Shown: positions 49,901 through 58,000 of the stretch, in pieces
Layout: each line of letters begins with the position of its first letter
Numbering within the stretch: the stretch's first letter is position 1
IMG/VR virus record: IMGVR_UViG_3300022868_000017
Origin: a virus
Direction: 5' to 3' (one strand)
DNA length: 64,000 nt
Notes under the pieces: generated by a model
Databases searched by the model: none
What the model was told of the DNA's origin: nothing
Seen by the model: the letters and a program-made list of their open reading frames with translations, nothing else
Program-made: the position numbers and the translations under genes

Positions 49901-49953
49901 CTACATTAATATCAATAGTGGTGTCATCATTGGCTGTATTGATAGTAGCTTAG
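43981..49953 (+). CDS. giant (1990 aa) secreted, membrane-anchored glycoprotein containing an internal Hint (intein-like) domain
   Basis: Signal peptide. Three copies of a CGG(L)(S/T)TGTYSF.NNF.D..Y...INYT(K/I)P module. Hint domain at 46057-46440. A C-terminal module shared with the 1562-aa protein. PLVIPVWLIW plus TM anchor. Confidence 0.7.
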   Translation: MKKVYVIGCVICLLLISLVSSTLYDTIFSPEESKKNVTFITSGTNSSFYFDINYPTELNKGTFDFWGYLYEDICEQNNASDNSNGCGLTTGTYSFNNNFNDNNYSTYTVLDNGPYYINYTKPEGYATTSTWQVKSITPACAGGETEYFYNLSINTSCFTPDILQLRVVKDTSASPKSASFQCYSGSSWLEIKKEEGSQCIIDNDVYLSEESMYWYINSYPEDIQVNFSNNILLFIDGELRGNNVSVDNFYNNQDNIIFGIDDNEYITYINIFNSSNVTSFTFSIESSGDLPSYTIYEDNADEYVSTLGTEFRDGSFDTYTINEGSCHTVVEIMEKWDVTDSDYYVSHVIAPNYIKFYNQTSSTYETLSLDYYAHDTGRVYDISDFKYTEDSKQYLNVSTGLVRGSGCIGAGTTSTRLYETSVGEYLSAYGESVVSTDSFEDSTFGSWINESLYDYSPPSYAVVNISSDWASAGIKSIYFHGGAGGNDASLRQELDLSDYSYMMFDINITDYGSYSGIYGFIDDIEQGYFNSTNSKFDFTGLSGIHNVSFKAQGGNDWTSPTIGYLDNIRLYDKTLSTTEYGNLYVNIGDVTNTSCYQEQSNESTVCGGLSTGTYSFSNNFSDGDYNTLISLSDDSSYYVNYTIPSRTLSGLAKYKFNNSECSGMVDSSTSIPSGCLVKDNNLLEMEYELEDSCFLLGTQIKMFDGTSKNIEEIKIGDIVQTFNGLSFSNQKVTNTFYHPIQEREYLIINDRLKITTNHPIILNNEWYESSSSKVGDYLLLSNGQYEQIYKIESVSENVDVYNLEVENTHTYFAEDILVHNKIGIDCDLYKHKVKCKDNTGSWNEMATYGMKKDRSIFDYYEESVNWTLYDDDWAHSVNQSWCFQESANATNQTGLDGDCNLDYSGVYSDNDSGGYYSSYIALNAYDGDWDTYSAPKTSVTNYINTFINYTKPIGASNNSLWTVKDYNATINLSVAECWDYDSDKLILRAKAERTGTLTGNVTWYCYNGEWVTLRDTYEDILLRIYEEAMWWYVDKQTSDDLSSDVNDYLTSCTLTSDGRCQVPIKIGSKLNHSFKISDVDMNYTISSTTTFDFASIMNDYATESYKYLNITSSEPGIFNLNSINISSYITVISPTTDQKFLQDIPTSYLNVSTEISMDSCLWSSDTGLTNYSLTSINSTYFYNDTVGLTLLDGNHNVTYYCNSSADGTWYTSERIDFFIDSINITTCRDLAVSDRKYELINDLTYQSSGINKDKCLSISNDNIILDGNNYNISLNNNIATYPDYECGILIGNTNNGIVKNMGVLEDSEQKFVGICSFSTSFTNYSIYDNTFYLNRAYVLSGIRNNTFYNNRYIEPSGGSNLLMSGSSSYDNLFRDESMTLGFIVYSNVFNTTFLNVTGTDNSPSSRITRLWYLDGSVYGISNPIEEANVTVYNVSGDVISSFLTDSSGNINQTNITEYVFTTYHTPHTINITKEGYYTNSTTYDITETHNINFNVSLLPNTYYPYITLYHPEEQTYGFNESLPLNYSISSGGTIIDSCWYTIINSSDGIIINNETLSSCNNGTFDVPYEDNYNLTLYVNNTIGTTNSRSILFSVSLTGPAIVLNYPTSNAYLNNGTNIDFNFTVTDGDGISICRLYSDWNGSYEINDTYDDVVSGIEYSVQKNISNGEYNWNVWCNDTLDFDNYALNNKTFTIDSKYPVLDLTSPNGTLDSRTNISVNWTVSDLTSIICKYNVYRGITLEVANTTIDCDLNVSTFDVTLDASFILNFYATDYLNHTTSDSSSFVVDTTVPVTPSSPGGGGKVIIKKEEAGVEFSITSDIGGTFYEFVIANDDFRTRGITVENMGVALTNLKLECDGGPECNWMLIDETSISLEEGESKDIDFTISVPDNAEKKDYKMAIRAIYQDVSGKLDIDVSVSSLGTIFKKVIWKPFEGLSPLVIPVWLIWIFSLLFSFVGSILGLNRFVDNKTFLTLISTLISIVVSSLAVLIVA
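46057..46440 (+). other. Hint / mini-intein-like autoprocessing domain embedded in CDS 43981..49953
   Basis: CFLLGTQIKMFDG (N-terminal Cys, block A). ITTNHPI (block B TxxH). VYNLEVENTHTYFAEDILVHN (blocks F/G ending HN). About 128 aa, with no homing-endonuclease insert. Following residue is Lys, not Cys/Ser/Thr. Confidence 0.6.
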
Positions 49954-49991
49954 AATAAAATATATAAAAGGGTAACATTTATTTATACACA

Positions 49992-50363
49992 ATGGAAAAA
50001 AACTGGAAATATACATTGATAATAATAATGAGTATATTACTATTAGGTGGTATTGTTAGTTTATTCTTTATTGACATCCCTTTTCAGACAGTTTTTGTTG
50101 ATGATAGTGGAGATTCTATAAATTGTCAAAAAATATTAGAATGTGGTAATAATTGTCAAGGACCATTATGTGCAGTAGATTTAGGAGACACATGTGATGA
50201 AGTTTGTAAGAATTTTGTTGATTGTTCTATTCTTATTCATAATGGTCAAGAGTATGCTTGTGTATTTGATACTAATAAAAATATTGGTAATTCTGATATA
50301 TCAGAAAAGGTAGATGGAATATATAATATAGTCCAAGGACAAGGTGGAGAGATTGCTGAGTAA
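49992..50363 (+). CDS. small membrane-anchored Cys-rich protein
   Basis: TM LIIIMSILLLGGIVSLFFI, then CQKILECGNNCQGPLCAVDLGDTCDEVC. Confidence 0.4.
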   Translation: MEKNWKYTLIIIMSILLLGGIVSLFFIDIPFQTVFVDDSGDSINCQKILECGNNCQGPLCAVDLGDTCDEVCKNFVDCSILIHNGQEYACVFDTNKNIGNSDISEKVDGIYNIVQGQGGEIAE

Positions 50364-52032
50364 AAGGAATATATTATTAATAGGTGTAATTATCTTATTT
50401 ATAATAAGTATAGCTGGTATCATTTATTATACAGTACCACAACAAGGTATTTGGGATGGTATAGCTAGTAATTGTGACCATTTTGTTTCTGTATTAGATA
50501 AATCAGTTGCTCAAAGTAAATGTAATTCATATATTTCTAATGGTTATGATAGTTGTTCAGTTAAGACAGGTTATTCTGCTATGTATGATTATACAGCTTA
50601 TTTAGCTTGTGCTATTAAAAATGATGATAGTAGTAATAATTATGATGATACACCTGATGAAAGTAGTGATAGTGGAAATTGTAATCCTTCTTCTGGATAT
50701 GAACATTGTGTAGATGGTTATTCAACATATGGTTCAGCAACATCATCAGTAAAATTACAATTATCAGGATTATATGGTCAAAATAAGAATGGAAAATGGT
50801 ATGTAGCTGATGACTTTGAAATGAAATATAGTGGTGATTGTGACTATCTTTATCTTTATGATAATTATAGAAAATCTCAATGTGGAGAAAATGGATGTAA
50901 TGGATATATAACTAAATTAAGTAGTAGTGGTACAATTAGAATAGCTGATTATACACCTCTTCAACCAGCATTTGTATGTTGGGATAGAAAAGATAAAGGT
51001 GGCTATTGGTCTTGGGTTTATGTATGTTGGGAATGGGATAATGTATGGTATAAATCTGATTTCAAATGTAATAATGATGATGATTGTGGTAATAATCAAT
51101 ATTGTGGTACTATAGATACAGGTAGTGAATGTATGGAATTAGGATGTGGTCCTACTGAAGATGTTATTAATCATCAATGTACAAATGTAGAAATGCCTGA
51201 AATATGTCAAGAAGCTGGTATTACAAATATCTATACTTGTAAAGATTATATAATTGAATTTGCTGATATTTTAGCAAATGACTTACAAGGTAAGATAGAT
51301 ACTATTGCTCAACTTGATTTAGATTATCAAGAAAAGTTAGAAATGATTATTAATTTAAGTAATAGTATAGAACAACAAGATTATATGATAGCAGAATTTG
51401 AACTTACTATTACAGACCTTGCTCAAGAAATACAAGATTTAAATTGGACAGTTCAACAACAGATTGAATATATTAGATTATTTAATCTTACTATTGATGA
51501 ATATGCAGCAGATATCAATAGATTGACTGATAATCTAGCAATAAAAGCACAATTAGTAGCTGGATTAAAGGTGGAAAATGCAATTCAAGCTGAATTAGTA
51601 AAAAAAATAACTGAGTCTTTTGCTAATCAAGGTGCCATTTTAGCTCAATTAAATCTTACAGTTCAAGATGATGCTGAAATAATCCAACATATGACTGATA
51701 ATGCAGTAGAGCAAGGTCAAATAATAGCAGGTATGGAATTGAATTTAGATGAACAGATTGAAATTGTAACTGAAATGACTAAGATTACAGATAGACAATT
51801 AGAAATTATTGCTGAATTAACAGATAATCAAGTAATACAAAATCAATTAATTGATAAATTACAAGAAAAAACAGATATAGATGACGAAACCATTCAAGCA
51901 TTGAAAAAACAAGTTTTAGACAAACAACAGGAAACAAAAACCTATATAAAGGCATCTATTATTATATCAATCATCCTAATAACTATAATAGGTGGAATGG
52001 TTATTTATTGGTTCATAAAGAAGAAGAGGTGA
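50344..52032 (+). CDS. bitopic membrane protein: N-terminal TM, Cys-rich ectodomain, ~250-aa coiled coil, C-terminal TM
   Basis: N-terminal TM ILLIGVIILFIISIAGIIYY. About 24 Cys in res 40-300. Long heptad region IAQLDLDYQEKLEMIINL...QLIDKLQEKTDIDDETIQALKKQV. C-terminal TM IIISIILITIIGGMVIYWFIKKKR. Confidence 0.5.
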   Translation: MERLLSKRNILLIGVIILFIISIAGIIYYTVPQQGIWDGIASNCDHFVSVLDKSVAQSKCNSYISNGYDSCSVKTGYSAMYDYTAYLACAIKNDDSSNNYDDTPDESSDSGNCNPSSGYEHCVDGYSTYGSATSSVKLQLSGLYGQNKNGKWYVADDFEMKYSGDCDYLYLYDNYRKSQCGENGCNGYITKLSSSGTIRIADYTPLQPAFVCWDRKDKGGYWSWVYVCWEWDNVWYKSDFKCNNDDDCGNNQYCGTIDTGSECMELGCGPTEDVINHQCTNVEMPEICQEAGITNIYTCKDYIIEFADILANDLQGKIDTIAQLDLDYQEKLEMIINLSNSIEQQDYMIAEFELTITDLAQEIQDLNWTVQQQIEYIRLFNLTIDEYAADINRLTDNLAIKAQLVAGLKVENAIQAELVKKITESFANQGAILAQLNLTVQDDAEIIQHMTDNAVEQGQIIAGMELNLDEQIEIVTEMTKITDRQLEIIAELTDNQVIQNQLIDKLQEKTDIDDETIQALKKQVLDKQQETKTYIKASIIISIILITIIGGMVIYWFIKKKR

Positions 52033-55000
52033 GAATGTTGAAGAAATTCATAGTACCTGTGTTTATATGTATAATTTTAATGGTATCATTAGTTTCTGCT
52101 ACTATTATTGAACCTGATAAAATCTCAACAGATAATATTTATAGTCATAATTCTTCTTCTTTAGTTTTACAGAATCAAACTATTATTAATGATACTTTAG
52201 AATTGTTAGGTAATGTAGATGGGTCAACTATTAATATAACAGGTTTCAAATTCTTTGGTCAATATAATTGGAACATAGACTCTGAATCTTCTTCTTATTT
52301 ATCTTTCAATGGTACATCTTTATCTTTTAATTTATCTAATTTAGATGATTCCCATACATTAGATTGGGATAATATAACAAGTAAACCTTCTGACTTGGAT
52401 ACAGATGATACAGATGACCTAATTACTTCCACCAATTTTGGAGGAGATGTTTCAGGTACATATGATAATATAATAATTGCTGATAATTCTCATCTATTAC
52501 ATTGGGATAATGTATCTAATAAACCAGCTAATCTTGATATAGATTCAACTGATGATATTACTACTTCAGGTGGTACAATAACTGGGAATTTAATAATTAA
52601 TGGTAACCTTCAATTAATAGGTGATTGGTTTAATGCAACTGTAACTAATCAATATCTTAATGGAACATTTTATCCATCTTTATCTGATACATTTGATATT
52701 GGTTCTTCAACAACCAAATGGAATTATGTTTATGCTAATTATTTTGTAGGAAGTATGGATTGGTCTAATTTAACCAATTTACCTACTAATCTTGATACAG
52801 ATTCAACAAATGATTTAATTACAACTACTAATTTTGGTGGTGATGTAACTGGTACTTATAATAATTTACAGATTAATAATGATTCAGTAAATTTACATTG
52901 GGATAACATAACCAATAAACCTACCAATTTAGATACAGATAGTACAGATGATATTACTACAACCAATATAGGTAATCAAAATGTTAATTCTTCTGATTAC
53001 TGGGATAATTATAATACACCTTCTGAAATATCAGTTTCAACTTTAATCAATGATGCTGGTTATATCACTTTAGCTAATGTAACTGATACAAATACTCAAA
53101 AAGGTTCAATAGGTCCATATCTTTATAATGATACTTCTGATATATATTTTAATGATACAAAACTTAATGAAACAATTGAATTATTAGATGATGATACAAC
53201 TTATTCAAATGGTACAGGTATTAACCAATCTGGAACAGTTTTTAGTATAGATTTAGGTTATTTTCAGGGGTTATTTATTGAATCAGGTAGTAATGTAATA
53301 GGTGATACTGAAATAAATTATACTGAAGTAACATTAAACGATTTTACTAATGATGCAGGATTTATTACTTCTTATACAAATACACATTGGTCTATTAATA
53401 GAACTAGTTTACAGAATCAATCAGGCATTTTAGGAGTTAATGAAACTTGGTTAGATGGTAAATATGCTCAAATAACAGATTTATTTTCAGAAAGTTGGAA
53501 TGATTTAACAGATATACCTGCTGGATTTTCAGATAATATTGATAATGATACTACTTATACAAATTTATCTGAATTTAATAATGATGTAGGATTTATTACA
53601 TCTTACATAGATACTAATACTAATTGTAGTGTAGATGGAAGTTGTGAAAATATTGTTTATGAATCTGAACTTAATTATACAGTTGATACTGATACCACAT
53701 ATTCACATTTATCTAATTTTACTGACAATTTAGGAGATAGAGGATATACACATTTAAGTAATTTCACAGATGATTTAGGGTATGTAGATACAAACACACA
53801 TTGGGAAATAAATGAAACTGTATTAGATAATCAATCTGGAACATTAGGTATTAATTCAACATATTTCAATTTAATTTATATTAATGATGATGAAACTACT
53901 AATTGGGATAAAGATTCTTCTGATGATTTAACTACATCTACTAATTTATCAAATGCTCATTTACATCATTGGGATAATATTACAAATAAACCTACTAATT
54001 TAGATATAGATTCAACAAATGATATTACAACTTCAAATATAGGGTCTCAAAATGTAAATTCATCTACTTTTTGGGATAATTATGATACTCCAGGTGATAT
54101 TGGTACTTCTCAACTAAATAATGATGCTAATTTTATAGCAAATGGAACATCAGCAACTTTAACTGATTTATTTGTTGATACTAATCTAATTTATGCCACA
54201 GGAGATAAGATTGGTTTCTTAACCAGTTCACCTAGTTCAGAACATGATTTTGACTTTAATGGTAATGTTAGAATTCAAGGTAATTTAGATGTGTTAGGTA
54301 ATCTTACATCATTAAGTGTAGAAAATTTAAACATTAATGGTAGTATTATACCAGAACAAGATTCATCTTTTACAATAGGTAATACAACTCATAGATATCA
54401 ATATATATATGTATCAGATGATATTTATGTTAATGGTTTATCAGTTTGTTTAGAAGATGGTACAAATTGTTATATGGGGACTTTAATCAATACAACAGAA
54501 TTAGAAGATGGTACTATTATTAATGCAGATATTTCTGATTCAGCAGCTATTGAAGAAGTGAAATTAAATTTAAATTATGGTACAACTACTCTTTATAATT
54601 TGATACAATCTATTAATTATACACATCTTTCAAATTTTACAGATGATTTAGATTATTCAACCAAAAATGTTAATTCATCAGAATATTGGGATACTTATAA
54701 TAATCCATCTGATATTCAAAATATGTTAACTATTCCTTGTGGAAATATATCTGGAGCAACTTCTGATTTATGTACTTTACAAGATACCGACACAGATACA
54801 CAAAAAGGAAGTAGTGGACCATATCTATATAATGACTCAACCATGATGTATTTTAATGAAAGTAAGTTAAATAATACCATAGGATTGTTAGATACCGATA
54901 CAACCTATACAAATGGTGATGGCTTAGTTTTAACAAACAATCAATTCAATATAAGTTTATCATATTTTCAAAATCTTTTTATTGAATTAACTGATAGTTT

Positions 55001-58000
55001 TGGTGGAGATGTAAGTGGAACATATGATAATATTCAACTTGGTTTAAATGTAGTTGGTGATGGAGAAATTAATTATACACAAATTACTTTAAGTGATTTT
55101 AATAATGATATGGGTTTTTTAAATAGTAGTAATACTTCAGGTTGGGATACAAATGTAGCTGATGATTTTAGTGGTAGTTGGAATGATTTATCTAATATTC
55201 CAGCTGGTTTTAATGATGATATTGATAATGATACAACATATACAAATTTATCTGAGTTCAACAATGATGCAGGTTTTATTACTTCTTATACCGATACTAA
55301 TACTAATTGTTCTGTTGATGGTAGTTGTTCTCTAATAACCTATGATAGTGAACTAACTTATACAGTTGATACTAATACTAATTGTTCTATTGATAATAGT
55401 TGTGGTTTGATAACTTACGATAGTGAATTAACCTATACAGTAGATACTAATGAAACAACAAGAGTAAATGATTTATATGATAATACTTCTAATTGGAATG
55501 AAGCATATGGTTGGGGTGACCATAGTAGTGAAGGGTATATAACATCATATGTAAATACAAATTGTTCTGTTGACGATAGTTGCTCTTTAATAACCTATGA
55601 TAGTGAATTAAATTATACAATTGATACAAATGAAACAGATAGAGTAAACGATTTATATGATAATACTTCAAATTGGAATACTGCATATACTTGGGGAGAC
55701 CATTCTACTCAATCATATCTTAAGAATGGTTCTTCAGCTAATTTGACAACATTAGATGTAAATATTATAAATTTAGATGAAGGTCGTATAACGGGTAGTG
55801 TTCCTGAAGATGTTTACATTAGTTTAAATGAATCAATTACTCTTTCAACTAATGGTAATGACCATATATATATTGATGCAGGTAGTTCTGATATAAATAT
55901 TGAATCAGATATGAATATAAACCAAAATAATATTATAGGTGTTAATAACATTACAGCTAATAATTTTAATGGTAATATATCTTGTGATTATATTACAGGT
56001 GCATCTTCTAACTTATGTACAATCACAGATACAGATACAGATACAATTTGGACTATTAGTAATGAATATATTTATAATAATTCAGGTGTATTAACTATTA
56101 ATGAAACCAAATTGAATGCTACAATTACTTCAATATCTGGAGGTGGTTGTGTAAATTGTATTGAAACTAATGATACAGCTATTTTAGGTCCTAATACTCA
56201 AATTAAATCAGCAGGACCATTTACTCCAGTTATGTTTGGAATTACATCTCATAATACAGGTGGGGATTTTGGATGGCCAGAATTAATATTGAAAACAGAA
56301 GGTACAGATGATTGGGATGGTACAGGAGATACAGCTGATGGAACTATTTTAGGTCAAATATCTTTCTGGGGTAGGGGAGACCAAGCTGGTTCAGCAGCTG
56401 GGGCATATATGAGAGTAAGACAAGTTGATGATGCTGACACAGATTTACACACTAAATGGGAATTTCATACAAATTCTAAGGATTGGATTTATCATTATGA
56501 TGAAGAATTTGATATGGCTCTAGATGATAATGCTTTGTTTGTTAATAAAGGTATTCAATATTTAGGTCAATCATCTTCACCAGTTACTTGTAATACAACA
56601 TGGGAAGGTTATATGTACTATAATAGTGGGGATAGTAAATTTTATGGTTGTGCAAATGGTGTATGGTATGATATGGTTAGTAATGCAACTTCATCTGGTA
56701 ATTATGTATTGAAAAGTGGAGGTACTATTACTGGTGATTTAACTTTAGAACAAGACTTAACAGTAGAAGGTGATACAACACTTGATACTGTAACTATCAA
56801 TGATGCAATTGATGGTGGGGTTTTAGATATAGATTTGAGAGATACTATAGTGGGAGGTCTTGCTTCAGTAGGCAATACGGGTTATTATACCACTTGTGTT
56901 GGTGTAGGTTGTGCTATCTTTAATGACGGAAATTATAGTATTGGAATTGGTCCTGCTTCTTTAAATCAAAATGATGGGGATAATGTTATTGCTATTGGTT
57001 ATGAATCAGGTCAAAATAATAATGATGATAATGTTTTAATAATAAGAGATAGCACTTTAAATGCAGTTCCTATCATATGGGGGGAATTAGATAATAATTA
57101 TGTAGCTATTAATGGGTGGGACCCAAGAAGTGAGTTAGATGTTAATGGAATGATAACTACTACTGATATAAATATTACAAATAACATTTATCTAAATGAT
57201 GTTAATATTACCAATGTAAATAAATTAACAGCTAATGAATTAGTAGGTAATATAGATTGTTCAAATATTACAGGTACTACTTCTAATATCTGTACATTTG
57301 ACAGTAGTACATATCTTTTATCAGGTTCAAATATAATAGGAGATACTGAAATGAATTATACTGAGGTAACTTTGGCTGATTTCACTAATGATGCAGGATT
57401 TATTACTTCATCTGAATCAGATACTATCTGGAATATTACTGGAAGTGACTATATTATCAATGAATCTGGTATATTAGATATTAATAAAACCAAATTAAAT
57501 TCTACAATAGAATCAATATCATTAATTGATAATGATGATATTGGTGATAACGAAATGAATTATAGTGAAGTCACTTTATCAGATTTTACTAATGATGCCG
57601 GTTTTGCATCATCATTTGCATCAACATTTACAAATATAACTGTAACTAATATTATTTCTAGTGGAGGAGATATATCAATATTAAATTCATCAGGAGATGG
57701 GATAATTGCTAAATTTACTCATGGAGGTGACAATTTGGAAGTTACTGGTAAAGTTGAAGCTGATAGAGTAGAGATAGCTAGTACAGGTACTTTTGGAGGA
57801 TATGTAACTGCTGAAAAATTTGTTGGTGAAATGGATTGTTCAAATATTACTGGTTCTGATGGAAATTTGTGTACTATTGATGCAATATATATTGGTCAAG
57901 CTGAAGATTTTACAGGAGATATATATGGAAATTATAATGATGGTCTTCAATTAAATTTTACTAATATTACTTTATCCGATTTTACCAATGATGCTGGATT

